Assembly (NCBI GenBank): GCA_009691415.1
Contig: SICP01000005.1
Coordinates: forward strand, 2,940-66,939
Reading direction: 5' to 3'
Length of the DNA: 64,000 nt
Source: Candidatus Margulisiibacteriota bacterium
Lineage (GTDB): Bacteria > Margulisbacteria > Marinamargulisbacteria > SXXA01 > SICP01
A model generated the notes under the pieces. That model ran no database searches. It saw nothing but the letters and a program-made list of their open reading frames with translations, and had not been told where the DNA came from. A program made the position numbers and the translations under genes. Numbering within the stretch: the stretch's first letter is position 1; the number at the start of each line of letters is the position of its first letter. Below are positions 12,201 to 24,035 of this stretch, piece by piece.

Positions 12201-13447
12201 TTGCAGAATATGACCCTACCTATGAATACGTCGTTTCCGAAAGTGAAGGTCTCGTCAAATTTATGGAAGGTGCTTTTAAAGAACGCAAAGATAGCAAAGG
12301 TAAAGTTATTGAAGTATTCGCAGAAAAAGATGGTGAAGTTTTCGTGTACGATCCAAAAAACGTCATCAAAATTATCGCGCCTAAAACCGTTGTGGACCAC
12401 TACAAAAAAGGCGATCGTATTCATGTAAGTAGTGATTTAGGATCCTCTGCCGGCCTTAAAAAGGGTGGTATTTTGATGGCACTAAAAGCAACCGGTGAAA
12501 ACGGAAAAGGCAAAGCCTCAAAAGATCCACTCTACGAATTAGAAGTGGCAACTGGAGAAGCCTACCCCATTTTGTCTGGTGCACGTCTTTATGTGAAAGA
12601 CAAAGTGCGCAAAGGCGAAGTGATCGCAAGAGAAAGAATTGGCGGCGCTGACGCATCAAAAACAAAAGACATCGTTCAAGGTCTCCCTCGCGTAGAAGAA
12701 CTCTTCGAAGCAAGACGTCCAAAAGACGCCGCTATCTTGAGCGAAATCGACGGCATCGTTGACATCTCAGATGCAGATGGATACCGCGTAGTCACCGTTA
12801 TCGGTGAAGGCGGTATTAAAAAAGACAGCAAAGTAGCCTACGGAATTCGTCTGAAAGTTTTTTCAGGAAAAGAAGTTAAAAAAGGTGACCAATTAACAGA
12901 AGGTGTTATAAGTCCTCACGACATACTACTCACCAAAGACGTTGCTGCCACACAAACCTATTTAAGTGAAGAAGTCCAACGTGTTTACAGATCACAAGGC
13001 GTTCAAATTAACAGCAAACATATCGAAGTGATCGTGCGCCAAATGACCCGTAAAATAAACGTCACTTCAATGGGGGATAGTGAATTTTTGCCAGGTGATT
13101 TAGTTGACATGCGAACCTTCGAAAGAAACAACACTGCCTTGCATGAAGCCGGAAAAGAAATCGCTGAAGGAGAACGCGTCTTACTAGGGATTACACGCTC
13201 ATCGCTTAGCACAGAAAGTTTTGTTTCTGCATCTTCATTCCAACAAACGGCAAGTGTTCTAACGAGAGCCGCCATCGAAGGTCAAATCGATCCAATGTAC
13301 GGCCTAAAAGAAAACGTTATTATCGGAAAACTTATTCCTGCAGGAACCGGCTTCCCTTATTACAGCCGTGTAGGATTAGAAATGACGACAGAAAATGCCG
13401 ATTATAATTTGTCACCAGAAGATATAGAAGTTCTAGCTATAAATTAA
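9224..13447 (+). CDS. rpoC: DNA-directed RNA polymerase subunit beta' (1407 aa)
   Basis: Zn-finger [21 protein letters not shown] active site, and a trigger loop split by a long insertion. Confidence 0.98.
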   Translation: MLVNTPSDFDFLQIGLASPDRIRFWSYGEVEKPETINYRTFKPERKGLFCEKIFGPVKDWECSCGKYRRVRYRGIVCERCGVEVTHSKVRRERMGHLELAAPVSHIWFLKGIPSYMGLLLDMSARQLEEVIYYDSYIVTEVTNALQGALELKQVLSQNEYIAAKEKFGEQFKGEMGASAIRKILTDLDLKKLTIELREEMKNSKGQKKLKITKRLRIVEALDKSGNQPQWMILDVIPIMPPDLRPMVQLEGGRFATSDLNDLYRRVVNRNTRLKRLMDIGAPDMIVRNEKRMLQEAVDVLISNGKRGRSVTGANGRPLKSLGNIIEGKQGRFRQNLLGKRVDYSARSVIVVGPHLKFNQCGLPKEMALELFKPFVIRKLVEHGVVSNVKSAKKKIEKRDIVVWDILESVIKGQLVLLNRAPTLHRLGIQAFEPKLVEGSAIQVHPLVCTAFNADFDGDQMAVHVPLSLEAQTECRLLIMSTNNILSPSSGRPIITPSQDMTLGCYFLTVDNPDLEFGRGKIFSDMDEAWRAWESKIIGYHSQITVRIEKERIETTMGRIIFNRAIWDVLETFNIPREPFINHIVGKKGLSDLIYKWFIKYGNEVTASLADQLKRIGFKYSTLSGISISVDDLKIPKNKTSIIENATKEVEKLAKAQHGGRMNRQEIQLRSNDIWREATQQISSELETGLGRLNNLYIMANSGARGNMDQVRQLAGMRGLMSDAQGRTVNIPIKSNFKEGLSLTEYFISSYGARKGLVDTALRTADSGYLTRRLVDVAQDVMVTTEDCGATNGIELTAIADGFDTVVTLAEMLEGRFSLDAIINPATKKVIVEAGELITEETSLEIEDSSGKEGVNVRSIYKCNAERGICQKCFGVDLSSGRVINIGEAVGIIAAQSIGEPGTQLTMRTFHTGGVDLRKASKVEIRAKISGKIEVPEGLEMSRLTDEEGEAIWVTTKEGLITLTDKTKVNTYRVPQGSTVIVKSGKEISKGDLIAEYDPTYEYVVSESEGLVKFMEGAFKERKDSKGKVIEVFAEKDGEVFVYDPKNVIKIIAPKTVVDHYKKGDRIHVSSDLGSSAGLKKGGILMALKATGENGKGKASKDPLYELEVATGEAYPILSGARLYVKDKVRKGEVIARERIGGADASKTKDIVQGLPRVEELFEARRPKDAAILSEIDGIVDISDADGYRVVTVIGEGGIKKDSKVAYGIRLKVFSGKEVKKGDQLTEGVISPHDILLTKDVAATQTYLSEEVQRVYRSQGVQINSKHIEVIVRQMTRKINVTSMGDSEFLPGDLVDMRTFERNNTALHEAGKEIAEGERVLLGITRSSLSTESFVSASSFQQTASVLTRAAIEGQIDPMYGLKENVIIGKLIPAGTGFPYYSRVGLEMTTENADYNLSPEDIEVLAIN

Positions 13448-13451
13448 ATAA

Positions 13452-13490
13452 AATGGGGTTGTTAATTTCCATTCCGTTGACAACCCCATT
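13452..13490 (+). terminator. Hairpin after rpoC
   Basis: AATGGGGTTG / CAACCCCATT 10-bp stem; weak T-tract. Confidence 0.4.
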
Positions 13491-13505
13491 TAAGTTCGTT
13501 ACGAT
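13477..13505 (+). promoter_or_regulatory. Candidate promoter of the str operon (TTGACA-17-TACGAT)
   Basis: Perfect -35 hexamer embedded in the 3' arm of the hairpin, 40 nt upstream of rpsL. Confidence 0.4.
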
Positions 13506-13544
13506 AAGCCACCATCTTTTTAGGAAGTACAAAGGAGCAATAAA

Positions 13545-13931
13545 TTGCCAACCGTAAATCAGCTAATGCGCACTAAACGCAAACCCAAACGTGTAAAAGG
13601 GAAATCACCCGCACTTCAAAATTGTCCACAACGTCGTGGCATTTGTACCCGTGTGTATACAACCACGCCAAAAAAACCTAACTCAGCCTTACGTAAAGTA
13701 GCACGTGTCCGTTTATCCAACGGCTTTGAAGTAACGGCGTACATTCCTGGAGAAGGACACAACCTTCAAGAGCACTCCGTTATCTATATTCGTGGCGGCA
13801 GAGTAAAAGACCTTCCTGGTGTGAGATATCATGCAGAGCGGGGTAGGGGGGATTTACAGGGTGTAGCTGGAAGAAAACAATCTCGATCACTTTACGGCGC
13901 TAAAAAAGATAAGAAGAAGAAGGAAAGCTAA
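13545..13931 (+). CDS. rpsL: 30S ribosomal protein S12
   Basis: [13 protein letters not shown]...[16 protein letters not shown]; TTG start. Confidence 0.97.
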   Translation: MPTVNQLMRTKRKPKRVKGKSPALQNCPQRRGICTRVYTTTPKKPNSALRKVARVRLSNGFEVTAYIPGEGHNLQEHSVIYIRGGRVKDLPGVRYHAERGRGDLQGVAGRKQSRSLYGAKKDKKKKES

Positions 13932-13932
13932 C

Positions 13933-14403
13933 ATGTCTAGAAGAGCAAAAGAATACCGTAAACGCCAATCACCAGACTCGGTTCATGGAAGTTTAGTTTT
14001 AAGTAAATTTATCAACAAAGTAATGATGAGTGGGAAAAAAAGTATTGCACGTGACATCGTTTATCGTGCTCTAGAAATACTCAGTCAAAAAGTTAACGCG
14101 CCTGCAGTAGATGCGTTTGAGAAAGCATTGCGTAATGCTATTCCTTTGATGGAAGTGCGCTCACGTCGTGTGGGTGGTTCAACCTACCAAGTACCTATGG
14201 AAGTTCGTGCAGAGCGCGGTGTTTCTTTGGCAATGCGGTGGTTGATTAACAATTCACGTACACGCTCAGGACACTCCATGATAGAAAAAATGTCCGCTGA
14301 ATTGATCGATGCCTACAACGGTGTCGGGGCTTCTATTAAGAAGAGAGAAGAAACACACAGAATGGCAGAATCTAACAAAGCCTTCGCCCACTTCAGGTGG
14401 TAA
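13933..14403 (+). CDS. rpsG: 30S ribosomal protein S7
   Basis: S7 sequence (VRSRRVGGSTYQVP) and synteny. Confidence 0.97.
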   Translation: MSRRAKEYRKRQSPDSVHGSLVLSKFINKVMMSGKKSIARDIVYRALEILSQKVNAPAVDAFEKALRNAIPLMEVRSRRVGGSTYQVPMEVRAERGVSLAMRWLINNSRTRSGHSMIEKMSAELIDAYNGVGASIKKREETHRMAESNKAFAHFRW

Positions 14404-14409
14404 TCTGAC

Positions 14410-16494
14410 ATGGAAAAAAAATATACGCTCAGTCAAATAAGAAATATCGGCATTGCCGCGCACATTGATGCCGGTAAAACAACGTTAACAGAACGCATTC
14501 TTTTTTATACTGGAAAATCACACAAAATTGGTGAAGTACATGATGGTACTGCAACCATGGACTGGATGGTTCAAGAGCAAGAACGTGGGATCACAATCAC
14601 ATCAGCAGCAACAACCTGTTACTGGAAAGAAATTTCCATCAATATTATCGACACCCCTGGACACGTTGACTTCACCGTAGAAGTAGAGCGTTCACTCCGA
14701 GTATTAGATGGTATGGTTGCCGTTTTTTGCGCTGTTGCAGGTGTTCAACCACAAAGCGAAACCGTCTGGCGCCAAGCTGTTAAATACAACGTTCCTAGAA
14801 TCGCTTTCATTAACAAAATGGATAGAGTCGGTGCTAATTTTGATCGTGCCATTAAAACCATGCGTGACAACCTAGGTGCACGCACCGTGGTTCCTCAATA
14901 TCCTATCGGAAATGAAGCGGACTTTGTCGGCGTAATCGATGTTGTAGATGGTGTAGAGCACTATTATGAAGATGAAAAGGGTATAAAAGTTACAACCGTC
15001 CCAATCAAGTCAGAAAACGAAGCCAAATACAGAGAACTTAGAGAAAAATTGGTAGAAGCCGTGGCAGAAGCCAATGATGAATATTTAGAGAAATTTATGG
15101 AGACCGGTGATTTATCAAATGATGAAGTAAAGGCAGCTCTTCGTATCATGACCATTTCCGGACGTCTCGTTCCTGTCTTTTGTGGAACGGCTTTCAAAAA
15201 CAAAGGTGTACAAACATTGTTGGATGCCATTGCAGATTATTTACCAGCCCCAACAGATTTGCCACCTGTAGAAGGGATTAATCCAAAATCTGGAGAACCA
15301 GAAACGCGTGTCTTGGACACCAACGCCGCATTCTCAGGCCTCGCATTTAAAATACAAACAGACCCTTTTGTAGGACGTCTAACTTATTTCCGAATCTATT
15401 CTGGAAAACTACTGCCTGGAAGTTATGCCTTAAATTCTACACGTAACAAACGTGAAAGAATTGGACGTATTCTTCAAATGCACGCCAATACCAGAACAGA
15501 ATTAAAAGAAGCTTCTGCCGGAGATATCATAGGTCTAATTGGTCTAAAAGACACCAAGACCGGAGATACGCTTTGTGCAGACGAAAATCCAATCGTCCTA
15601 GAAAATATTGATTTTCCAGATCCAGTTATTTTTGTTGCTATTGAACCCAAATCAAAAGCAGATCAAGAAAAAATGTCCTCTGGAATGGAAAAGCTTACTG
15701 AAGAAGATCCTACTTTTAGCTTTAAGTCAGATCCAGAAACAGGGCAAACTATTATTTCAGGTATGGGTGAATTGCACTTAGAAATCATTACTGATCGGCT
15801 CATGCGTGAATTTGCAGTACAAGCCAACGTGGGTAAACCACAAGTCGCCTATAGAGAATCTATTTCTTTAAAAGCAAAAGCAGAAGGTAAATTTGTTCGC
15901 CAAACAGGTGGTAGAGGTCAATACGGACACGTTATTTTAGAAATTGAACCACTCGAAAGAGGTAAAGGTTTCGAATTCGAAAGCAAAGTTGTTGGTGGAC
16001 GTATTCCTAAAGAATACATTTCTTCAATAGAAAAAGGGGTTAAAGAAGCATTCACAACCGGTATTGTTGCGGGATATAACATGATCGATGTCAAGGTCAC
16101 AGCCTTGGACGGATCTTTCCACCCGGTTGACTCTTCGGACATTGCCTTTCAAATTGCAGCATCATACGCGGTGAAAGATGCCGTCAAAAATGCAGGCCCC
16201 GTTATTTTGGAGCCGATTATGGCAGTAGAAGTTGAAGTGCCAGAAGTCAATATGGGTGATGTTATTTCCGATCTTAGTAGTAGAAGAGGAAAGATTGAAA
16301 AAATAGAAGTAGGCTTCAATAATATTCAAAAAATTGATGCTCAAGTTCCTCTCTCTGAAATGTTCGGATATTCAACAGCATTGAGGTCATTAACACAGGG
16401 TAGAGGGGTTTACACCATGCAGTTTCTTATGTATAGTGAATGCCCTAAACAGGTCTTTGAAACCCTTGTAGCAAATAATAAAAATAGCAGATAA
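14410..16494 (+). CDS. fusA: Elongation factor G
   Basis: [20 protein letters not shown]1 motif, DTPGHVDF. Confidence 0.97.
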   Translation: MEKKYTLSQIRNIGIAAHIDAGKTTLTERILFYTGKSHKIGEVHDGTATMDWMVQEQERGITITSAATTCYWKEISINIIDTPGHVDFTVEVERSLRVLDGMVAVFCAVAGVQPQSETVWRQAVKYNVPRIAFINKMDRVGANFDRAIKTMRDNLGARTVVPQYPIGNEADFVGVIDVVDGVEHYYEDEKGIKVTTVPIKSENEAKYRELREKLVEAVAEANDEYLEKFMETGDLSNDEVKAALRIMTISGRLVPVFCGTAFKNKGVQTLLDAIADYLPAPTDLPPVEGINPKSGEPETRVLDTNAAFSGLAFKIQTDPFVGRLTYFRIYSGKLLPGSYALNSTRNKRERIGRILQMHANTRTELKEASAGDIIGLIGLKDTKTGDTLCADENPIVLENIDFPDPVIFVAIEPKSKADQEKMSSGMEKLTEEDPTFSFKSDPETGQTIISGMGELHLEIITDRLMREFAVQANVGKPQVAYRESISLKAKAEGKFVRQTGGRGQYGHVILEIEPLERGKGFEFESKVVGGRIPKEYISSIEKGVKEAFTTGIVAGYNMIDVKVTALDGSFHPVDSSDIAFQIAASYAVKDAVKNAGPVILEPIMAVEVEVPEVNMGDVISDLSSRRGKIEKIEVGFNNIQKIDAQVPLSEMFGYSTALRSLTQGRGVYTMQFLMYSECPKQVFETLVANNKNSR

Positions 16495-16515
16495 GAATAA
16501 AGGAGCAATTTTACA

Positions 16516-17715
16516 ATGGCTAAGGAAAAGTTCGAGCGAAAAAAACCTCACGTAAATATTGGTACGATTGGTCACGTTGATCATGGAAAAACATCATTAA
16601 CTGCAGCGATCACAAAAGTTTTGGCTTCCAAGGGTTATGCAAAATATATGGCCTATGGTGATATTGATGCCGCTCCAGAAGAAAAAGCGCGTGGGATTAC
16701 TATCGCAACAGCACACGTAGAATACGAAACAGATAATCGCCACTATGCTCACGTTGATTGTCCAGGACATGCGGATTATGTTAAAAACATGATCACCGGT
16801 GCAGCGCAAATGGACGGTGGTATTTTGGTAGTAAGTGCAGCTGATGGTCCAATGCCTCAAACACGTGAACACATCCTATTGGCTCGCCAAGTAAACGTTC
16901 CTTGTCTCGTTGTTTTCCTAAACAAAACAGACCAAGTAGATGATCCTGAGCTAATCGAATTAGTTGAAATGGAGTTGCGCGAACTTCTTTGTAAATATGA
17001 CTACCCTGGAGATGACATTCCTTTCATTAAAGGGTCCGCTTTAAAAGTCCTTGAATCAGACGATACATCTGAAGAAGGTCCTGCAAAGTGCATTTGGGAG
17101 CTAATGGCAGCGGTTGATGCTTACATTCCAATTCCGGAGCGCGCCATCGACAAACCTTTCTTAATGCCAATTGAAGACGTATTCAGCATTACAGGTCGTG
17201 GAACCGTAGGGACAGGCCGGATTGAGCGTGGAATCGTTAAAGTCGGAGAAGAGGTAGAGATTGTTGGAATGATGGAAGAAACCAAGAAAACAACTGTCAC
17301 CGGTGTTGAAATGTTTCGTAAACTTCTTGATGAAGGCCGTGCGGGAGACAACGTGGGACTTTTGCTTCGCGGTGTTGAAAAAGAAGATTTGAAACGTGGA
17401 CAAGTTTTGGCAAAAACAGGATCTATTAAACCTCACTTTAAAGTTGAAGCTGAAGTTTACGTTTTAAAGAAAGAGGAGGGTGGGCGCCACACTCCTTTCT
17501 TTAAAGGATATCGCCCTCAGTTCTACATTAGGACAACCGACGTGACAGGTGCTATTAAATTGCCAGATGGCGTAGAAATGGTTATGCCTGGCGACAACGT
17601 TACTATGGAAGTAGAGCTTATCGTTCCAGTAGCCTGCGAAGAAGGAATGAGATTCGCGATTCGTGAAGGTGGAAGAACAGTAGGTGCGGGTGTTGTAACT
17701 AAGATTATTAAATAA
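16516..17715 (+). CDS. tuf: Elongation factor Tu
   Basis: [27 protein letters not shown] motifs. Confidence 0.98.
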   Translation: MAKEKFERKKPHVNIGTIGHVDHGKTSLTAAITKVLASKGYAKYMAYGDIDAAPEEKARGITIATAHVEYETDNRHYAHVDCPGHADYVKNMITGAAQMDGGILVVSAADGPMPQTREHILLARQVNVPCLVVFLNKTDQVDDPELIELVEMELRELLCKYDYPGDDIPFIKGSALKVLESDDTSEEGPAKCIWELMAAVDAYIPIPERAIDKPFLMPIEDVFSITGRGTVGTGRIERGIVKVGEEVEIVGMMEETKKTTVTGVEMFRKLLDEGRAGDNVGLLLRGVEKEDLKRGQVLAKTGSIKPHFKVEAEVYVLKKEEGGRHTPFFKGYRPQFYIRTTDVTGAIKLPDGVEMVMPGDNVTMEVELIVPVACEEGMRFAIREGGRTVGAGVVTKIIK

Positions 17716-17738
17716 GTAGCAGTTGAAGGAAGAGTATA

Positions 17739-18074
17739 GTGTCTGAAGGTCAGCGTAAATCGCATAGTCAACAAAAAATAAGAATAAGATTGAAAGCATT
17801 TGATCATGCAGTTATCGATCAATCTGCTGAAAAAATTGTGAATACAGCACAACGGTCAGGGGCCAAGGTTTTAGGACCTATTCCTTTGCCAACCCAACGT
17901 AAAGTATGGTGTGTACTAAAGTCTCCTCACGTTAACAAACGGGGTGGAGAGCACTATGAAATTCGTATTCATAAGCGCTTGATTGATATTGTAGACCCCC
18001 CCACTTCAACTGTTGATGCCCTCATGCAATTAGACTTGCCTGCAGGCGTGAATATAGAAATAAAACTGAATTAG
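17739..18074 (+). CDS. rpsJ: 30S ribosomal protein S10
   Basis: [21 protein letters not shown]. Confidence 0.97.
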   Translation: MSEGQRKSHSQQKIRIRLKAFDHAVIDQSAEKIVNTAQRSGAKVLGPIPLPTQRKVWCVLKSPHVNKRGGEHYEIRIHKRLIDIVDPPTSTVDALMQLDLPAGVNIEIKLN

Positions 18075-18083
18075 GAAATCGTC

Positions 18084-18704
18084 ATGGAAAAGTTTTTGTT
18101 AGGTAAGAAATTAGGTATGACACAGGTTATGGATGACGACGGCGTTGTTGTTCCCGTTACGGTTCTTGAAGTCAAGAGCTGTACCGTTCTGAAAGTCTTG
18201 ACCAAAGAAACACATGGTTACAACGCTATACTTATTGGCTTCGAAGAAGTGCAAAATAAAACTTTGAACAGCCCTAATAGAGGGTTTTTTGCGAAGCTAG
18301 AATCCAAACCCTTCAGATACCTCAAGGAATTTCGTGTAGAAGATGTGTCTTCTTTTTCTGCCCAACAAATCATAACGCCTGATATATTTTCTATTAATGA
18401 TACAATCTCTGTTCGGTCTAAATCAATTGGCCGTGGGTTTACAGGTACGATCAAACGACATAACTTCTCAAGAGGTCCAATGTCTCACGGTTCTAAGAGC
18501 CATCGTATCCCTGGATCGATCGGTGCAGGAACAACCCCTGGTCGCGTTGTAAAAGGTAAAAAAATGCCAGGTCATTACGGCGATAGCACAGTGACCATTC
18601 GCAATCTTCGTGTTGTACGAACAAATCTAGAATCTGGATATATTTTGGTCGAAGGGGCTGTGCCTGGAAAGAAAAATAATTTGGTGGAAATCGTAGGATC
18701 ATGA
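18084..18704 (+). CDS. rplC: 50S ribosomal protein L3
   Basis: Synteny, GKKLGMTQV, FTGTIKRHNF. Confidence 0.97.
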   Translation: MEKFLLGKKLGMTQVMDDDGVVVPVTVLEVKSCTVLKVLTKETHGYNAILIGFEEVQNKTLNSPNRGFFAKLESKPFRYLKEFRVEDVSSFSAQQIITPDIFSINDTISVRSKSIGRGFTGTIKRHNFSRGPMSHGSKSHRIPGSIGAGTTPGRVVKGKKMPGHYGDSTVTIRNLRVVRTNLESGYILVEGAVPGKKNNLVEIVGS

Positions 18705-19327
18705 AAATTAAAGAATTAACATTACCTGTCTTTTCATTGGAAAATGGAAAGAAGATACAAGATGAGACAATGGTCTTTACAAAAGAAAGAGGTGTAGATA
18801 ACACACATGTCTTTTATTTAACTAAGAAATACCAACAAGCTGGTGCTAGGGCAGGAACGGCTTCTACAAAAACCCTCTCAGAGGTTTCAGGTGGAGGTTC
18901 CAAACCTTTTAAACAAAAGGGTACAGGAAGAGCACGGCGTGGTTCCAATCGTACAGTTTTACGACCTGGTGGCGGTGTTGTTTTCGGGCCAAGTCCAAGA
19001 TCGTTTGCACATAAACTTAACAAAAAAATGGTAAAAAATGCAATCTTAGGTGCGTTAATTGAAAACAAAGAACATATTCAAGTAATCAAATTCGAAAATA
19101 CACAATTAAAAACAAAACAAGTTGCTAGTTTTATTGGTGAGCATTCAGCCCCCCTAGTCATTGTAAAATCATTTAATTCTTCTCTCTGCAAAGCCGCAAG
19201 AAATATTTACGGAATGAAACTGTGCAGTGTATATTCGATTCCTATTGAAAAGCTACTAGCTAGCAACAAAGTATTGATCGAACAAGATGCATGGGATGTC
19301 TTAAAAGAGGTGAGTACACATGAATAA
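18701..19327 (+). CDS. rplD: 50S ribosomal protein L4
   Basis: KPFKQKGTGRARRGS motif. Confidence 0.96.
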   Translation: MKIKELTLPVFSLENGKKIQDETMVFTKERGVDNTHVFYLTKKYQQAGARAGTASTKTLSEVSGGGSKPFKQKGTGRARRGSNRTVLRPGGGVVFGPSPRSFAHKLNKKMVKNAILGALIENKEHIQVIKFENTQLKTKQVASFIGEHSAPLVIVKSFNSSLCKAARNIYGMKLCSVYSIPIEKLLASNKVLIEQDAWDVLKEVSTHE

Positions 19328-19601
19328 CATTTTAAAAAGAGCTGTTGTTTCAGAAAAAACATCAATGCATCTTAAAAAAAATAAATACACGTTTGAAGTT
19401 AGTCCTGATGTTAATAAAATTCAGATTGAAAAGAAAATCGTTGATAAATTTAACGTCAAAGTAAAAGCTGTCAACGTATTAAACCGGAAAGGTAAAAAAC
19501 GTAGAAAAGGACGTATTGAAGGACGTATGCAAGATCGTAAATTTGCCATTGTTACACTTGCAGATGGTCAGACAATTGATGAAATCAAGGGATTATTTTA
19601 G
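19320..19601 (+). CDS. rplW: 50S ribosomal protein L23
   Basis: Synteny, size and L23-like sequence. Confidence 0.95.
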   Translation: MNNILKRAVVSEKTSMHLKKNKYTFEVSPDVNKIQIEKKIVDKFNVKVKAVNVLNRKGKKRRKGRIEGRMQDRKFAIVTLADGQTIDEIKGLF

Positions 19602-19610
19602 GATAAAATT

Positions 19611-20435
19611 ATGGGACTTAAAAAATATAAACCAACTTCTGCTGCTATAAGAACTCGTCAAATTCTTGATTATAAAGAAATTACAACTACAACTCCTGAG
19701 AAATCTTTATTGCGTCCTATGTCTACACAAGCAGGCCGTAATAACATGGGTAGAGTAACGGTCCGTCATCGTGGTGGTGGAAACAAACGCCAATTTCGTA
19801 TAATCGATTTCAAAAGAAACAAAGAAAATCCAGCCATTGTTAAATCAATTGAGTATGATCCAAATCGATCTGCTTTTATTTCCCTGCTTCACTACAATGA
19901 CGGTGTTAAAAGCTACATCCTTGCACCTAATAAATTAGAAGTTGGAGCCATTGTTCAATCTGGTGAAAACGCCGAAATTAAAATTGGTAACACACTTCCT
20001 ATCGCCAAAATTCCAGTGGGTAGTATCATTCATAATATTGAATTAACCATTGGCAAAGGTGCCCAGCTTGCACGTTCAGCGGGCGCTCAAGCAACTCTTC
20101 AGGCAAAACATGAGGAATACGGTTCCGTTAAATTGCCTTCGGGTGAAGTTCGTTTGATTCATTTAAGATGTAGAGCCACGATCGGTGGTGTTGGTAACGT
20201 AGATAAGCGCAACAAAGTAGTAGGTAAAGCAGGCGCAACACGTTGGAACAAACGTAGACCGCAGGTGCGTGGAGCTGTTATGAATGCCTGTGATCACCCA
20301 CATGGCGGTGGAGAAGGGCGTGCACCTGTTGGACGTTCAGGACCTATGACCCCTTGGGGAAAACCAGCACTTGGATATAAAACGCGTAAAAAGAAAAAAA
20401 CTTCTTCAACCTTTATTGTAAGAAGACGTAAGTAG
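19611..20435 (+). CDS. rplB: 50S ribosomal protein L2
   Basis: [27 protein letters not shown]. Confidence 0.98.
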   Translation: MGLKKYKPTSAAIRTRQILDYKEITTTTPEKSLLRPMSTQAGRNNMGRVTVRHRGGGNKRQFRIIDFKRNKENPAIVKSIEYDPNRSAFISLLHYNDGVKSYILAPNKLEVGAIVQSGENAEIKIGNTLPIAKIPVGSIIHNIELTIGKGAQLARSAGAQATLQAKHEEYGSVKLPSGEVRLIHLRCRATIGGVGNVDKRNKVVGKAGATRWNKRRPQVRGAVMNACDHPHGGGEGRAPVGRSGPMTPWGKPALGYKTRKKKKTSSTFIVRRRK

Positions 20436-20445
20436 GAGGACGACA

Positions 20446-20718
20446 TTGTCTAGATCATTAAAAAAAGGACCTTATATTTTAAAATCCCTTTTAGAAAAAA
20501 TAGAAGAAGCAAATAATGCTAATGATAAAAAACTGATCAAAACATGGTCTCGTGCATCTTGCATCATTCCAGAAATGATTGGACATACAATCGCTGTTCA
20601 CAATGGCAAAAAACATGTTCCAGTTTATATTCAAGAAAACATGATTGGCCATAAGTTAGGTGAGTTTTCACCGACAAGAACGTTTAAGGGCCATGGCGGA
20701 GACAAAGGGAAGAAATAA
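20446..20718 (+). CDS. rpsS: 30S ribosomal protein S19
   Basis: [20 protein letters not shown]; TTG start. Confidence 0.97.
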   Translation: MSRSLKKGPYILKSLLEKIEEANNANDKKLIKTWSRASCIIPEMIGHTIAVHNGKKHVPVYIQENMIGHKLGEFSPTRTFKGHGGDKGKK

Positions 20719-21179
20719 TGCCTGTAGAAAAAGAAGAAGTAACTTCAGAAGTAGAAACAAAAAAGAAAGCTCCTATTAAAAAAACAGCTAAAACCTCTAA
20801 AAAAGAAAAGCTGTTTGTTCAAAAAACATGTGCGGTAGATGAAGTAAGAGCAGAAGCTAAATTCATTAGAATTTCTCCAATTAAAGTTCAACGCGTTGCC
20901 AATGTTGTTCGTGGACAATCTGTCGAAAAAGCCTTATTTATGCTAAAACGTCTCCCACATAAAGGTGCAAGAATTTTGTACAAAGTACTTTTTTCAGCAG
21001 CCTCAAATGCCAGTCATAATCATGACCTAAATGGACATCCTCTCAAAATCTCGACTTTACTTATCAATGAAGGCCCTAGGCTAAAAAGATTCCAGCCAAA
21101 AGCACGTGGAAGAATTTATGAGATTTTGAAGCGTACAAGTCACATAACTGTGGGCTTGAAGTCAGCAAAGGGAGAATAG
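20718..21179 (+). CDS. rplV: 50S ribosomal protein L22 with a Lys-rich N-terminal extension of about 40 aa
   Basis: L22 core starts near AEAKFIRISPIKV, preceded by [31 protein letters not shown]. Confidence 0.95.
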   Translation: MPVEKEEVTSEVETKKKAPIKKTAKTSKKEKLFVQKTCAVDEVRAEAKFIRISPIKVQRVANVVRGQSVEKALFMLKRLPHKGARILYKVLFSAASNASHNHDLNGHPLKISTLLINEGPRLKRFQPKARGRIYEILKRTSHITVGLKSAKGE

Positions 21180-21182
21180 ACG

Positions 21183-21866
21183 ATGGGTCAAAAAGCAAAT
21201 CCGAAATCACTTAGAGTCGGTATCATAAATGATTGGGATTCTACATGGTTCGGTTTAAAAAATTACGGAACCCTTTTATTTGAAGATTATCAAATTAGAG
21301 ATCTCTTGAAAGATGCCTTCAACAGAGCAGGTGTTTCTCATATTCAAATTGATAGAAAAGCAAATCTGACTGAAGTAAAAGTCTATGTTGCCCGTTCAGG
21401 TGTTGTGGTCGGAAAAAAAGGACTAGACGTTCCGGTCATGAAAGAAGAAATTAAAAAACGAATTGGTAAAGATGTGAACATTATTATTATTGACGAAAAA
21501 ACACCTGATATTAATGCGAAATTATTAGGCGAATGGATTGCAATACAATTAGAAAAAAGAACTCCATTCAGAAGAGCCATGAAAATGGCAGTTCAAAAAG
21601 CCTTAAAGTCTGGAGCAAAGGGAATCAAAGTCAATTGTTCAGGGCGTTTAGGTGGTGCCGAAATTGCGAGAAGTGAATGGTCTCGTGAAGGCAAGGTGCC
21701 TTTACATACATTTAGAGCTGATATAGACTATGCCTTTTCCGAAGCGTTAACGACCTATGGAAAAATAGGCGTTAAAGTCTGGGTATATAAAGGGGAAGTT
21801 CTTCAGAGAAAAAGAAAATCACTTATTGAAGAGTCGACAGAGCACGCGTCGACAACTAAAGGGTAA
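21183..21866 (+). CDS. rpsC: 30S ribosomal protein S3
   Basis: MGQKANPKSLRVG, KH domain. Confidence 0.97.
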   Translation: MGQKANPKSLRVGIINDWDSTWFGLKNYGTLLFEDYQIRDLLKDAFNRAGVSHIQIDRKANLTEVKVYVARSGVVVGKKGLDVPVMKEEIKKRIGKDVNIIIIDEKTPDINAKLLGEWIAIQLEKRTPFRRAMKMAVQKALKSGAKGIKVNCSGRLGGAEIARSEWSREGKVPLHTFRADIDYAFSEALTTYGKIGVKVWVYKGEVLQRKRKSLIEESTEHASTTKG

Positions 21867-21884
21867 GGAAGTAGAGTTATTGCC

Positions 21885-22298
21885 ATGTTAATGCCTAAAA
21901 AAACGAAATACAGAAAAACACAGCGCGGTCGTAATCGTGGTCTTGCCTACAGAGGCAACAGTATTGCATTCGGAGATTTTGGTCTTCAATCGCTAACCGC
22001 TGGATCCGTTACAGATAGACAAATTGAAGCAGCTAGACGTGCCATGACACGTTACATCAAACGTGGTGGAAAAGTCTGGATTCGTATTTTCCCTGATAAA
22101 AGTATTACAAAATTACCCGCCGAAACTCGAATGGGTAAAGGAAAAGGAAGCCCTGAATTTTGGGTTGCCGTTGTTAAACCTGGACACATGTTATTTGAAC
22201 TAGGTGGGGTTTCCGCAGAAGTGGCAAAAGAAGCCCTTCGATTGGCCTCTCATAAACTCGGCGTTAAAACCAAGTACATTGTTAAGTCAGAGTTTTAA
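21885..22298 (+). CDS. rplP: 50S ribosomal protein L16
   Basis: [16 protein letters not shown]. Confidence 0.97.
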   Translation: MLMPKKTKYRKTQRGRNRGLAYRGNSIAFGDFGLQSLTAGSVTDRQIEAARRAMTRYIKRGGKVWIRIFPDKSITKLPAETRMGKGKGSPEFWVAVVKPGHMLFELGGVSAEVAKEALRLASHKLGVKTKYIVKSEF

Positions 22299-22310
22299 GA
22301 GGAGAGTTAA

Positions 22311-22499
22311 GTGGACATCAAAGAAATTAAAAAATTATCTAAAGAAGAGCTCGTAACAAAGCTCGCTGACTTACGCAAAGAACTGGATGATGCCAAATTC
22401 AACATTACTACAGGTGCTTTGAAAAACTCCTCAATTATTGCGAATTTCAGAAAAGACATTGCAAGGGTCTTAACTGTCGTCAATGCAAAAGGAGAATAA
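22311..22499 (+). CDS. rpmC: 50S ribosomal protein L29
   Basis: Synteny, size, LSKEELVTKLADLRKEL. Confidence 0.93.
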   Translation: MDIKEIKKLSKEELVTKLADLRKELDDAKFNITTGALKNSSIIANFRKDIARVLTVVNAKGE

Positions 22500-22500
22500 G

Positions 22501-22764
22501 GTGAATACAGAAAGAAATACAAGAAAGAAAATAAGCGGAGACGTCATTAAAAAATCTGGAACAAAAACAATTTCAGTACTAGTTGAAACACTAAAACGTC
22601 ATGAGCTATATGGTAAAGTTTACAAAGTTTCTAAAAAATATTTGGTCCATGACGATGCAGAAATTGCGTCCGTCGGTGACAAAGTCGTTGCCAGTTCATG
22701 CCGACCTATTAGCAAGCAAAAAAGATGGCGCTTAGTTTCTAAGATTGCCGCAAGTACGAAGTAA
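22501..22764 (+). CDS. rpsQ: 30S ribosomal protein S17
   Basis: Start moved to in-frame GTG 22501 behind AAAGGAG (directly after the rpmC stop); ERNTRKK..G.V.. and [11 protein letters not shown] motifs. Confidence 0.93.
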   Translation: MNTERNTRKKISGDVIKKSGTKTISVLVETLKRHELYGKVYKVSKKYLVHDDAEIASVGDKVVASSCRPISKQKRWRLVSKIAASTK

Positions 22765-22778
22765 AGAAGGGCGCTGAA

Positions 22779-23147
22779 ATGATACAAGTTGAGTCAAGAT
22801 TAGAAGTTGCAGATAATTCCGGTGCAAAAGAGCTTCTTTGCATCAGAGTATTAGGTGGTTCAAAACGCAAATATGCAAGAGTAGGCGACAAGATTATCTG
22901 TGTTGTCAAAAAAGCCATTGCTCAAGGCCAAGTTAAAAAAAGCGAAATTGTCACAGCCGTTGTGGCAAGAACAGTGAGGAATATTCAGAGAAAAGATGGA
23001 ACTGTTGTTCGTTTTGACCAAAATGCTGCCGTTATCATCAACAAAGATGGTAACCCTAAAGGAACACGTATTTTTGGACCTATACCACGTGAATTAAGAG
23101 ATAAAAACTTCATGAAAATTATCTCACTTGCTTCGGACGTCGTATAG
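22779..23147 (+). CDS. rplN: 50S ribosomal protein L14
   Basis: [18 protein letters not shown]. Confidence 0.98.
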   Translation: MIQVESRLEVADNSGAKELLCIRVLGGSKRKYARVGDKIICVVKKAIAQGQVKKSEIVTAVVARTVRNIQRKDGTVVRFDQNAAVIINKDGNPKGTRIFGPIPRELRDKNFMKIISLASDVV

Positions 23148-23153
23148 GAGACA

Positions 23154-23465
23154 ATGATGAATAAATTCAAAAAAGGCGATACTGTTATCGTAATATCAGG
23201 TAAAGACCGTGGTAAAACAGGAAGAATTGAAAAAGTTTTCCCAGAAAAAAGCGAAATTCTCATCGAAAATATCAATTTAATAAAACGTCACATGAAACCC
23301 ACTCAAGAATCAAAAGGTGGCATTATTGAAAAAGCGTCACCATTTCCGTGGTCAAAAGTGAAAGCTATTTGTTCTAAAACACAAAAGCCAACACGCGTAC
23401 GATTTGTTCTAAAAAATGATAAGAAAGTTAGAGAAGCCAAAGTTAGTGGAAAGGTATTGGAGTAA
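23154..23465 (+). CDS. rplX: 50S ribosomal protein L24
   Basis: KKGDTVIVISGKDRGKTG KOW motif. Confidence 0.96.
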   Translation: MMNKFKKGDTVIVISGKDRGKTGRIEKVFPEKSEILIENINLIKRHMKPTQESKGGIIEKASPFPWSKVKAICSKTQKPTRVRFVLKNDKKVREAKVSGKVLE

Positions 23466-23469
23466 TTAA

Positions 23470-24024
23470 ATGTCCACACTCAAAAAACGTTATACAGATG
23501 TGATTAGAAAGAAAATGATAGACGAAGACCGCTACAAAAATGTCATGCAAGTCCCTAAATTGGTGAAAATTATCATTAACCGTGGATTGGGTGAAGCCAC
23601 AGGAAATTCAAAAGCTGTAGATCTCAGTTTAGAAACCTTGTACGCCATTTCTGGCCAAAAACCAGTCGCAACAAAAGCAAAGAAATCAATTTCTAACTTT
23701 AAATTGCGTCAAGGGCAAGTGATTGGCTGTAAAGTAACTTTACGTTCAGATAGAATGTATGACTTTTTGACAAAATTTGTCAATATTTGTCTTCCTAGAA
23801 TTCGTGACTTTAGAGGCGTTCCTGTATCTGGATTTGATGGCAGGGGCAATTACACATTAGGTATCAAAGAAGATATCATTTTTCCAGAGGCATCCCAAGA
23901 AAAAATGGACCGTATTCGTGGATTTGACATCTCTTTCGTCACCTCTGCTAAAACAGACTACGAGGCCTTTTTATTGCTTAAAGAATTCGGCTTGCCTTTT
24001 AGAACAGAACTAAAGAAGAAATAG
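23470..24024 (+). CDS. rplE: 50S ribosomal protein L5
   Basis: Synteny and L5 sequence ([15 protein letters not shown]). Confidence 0.97.
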   Translation: MSTLKKRYTDVIRKKMIDEDRYKNVMQVPKLVKIIINRGLGEATGNSKAVDLSLETLYAISGQKPVATKAKKSISNFKLRQGQVIGCKVTLRSDRMYDFLTKFVNICLPRIRDFRGVPVSGFDGRGNYTLGIKEDIIFPEASQEKMDRIRGFDISFVTSAKTDYEAFLLLKEFGLPFRTELKKK

Positions 24025-24035
24025 GAAGGAACATA

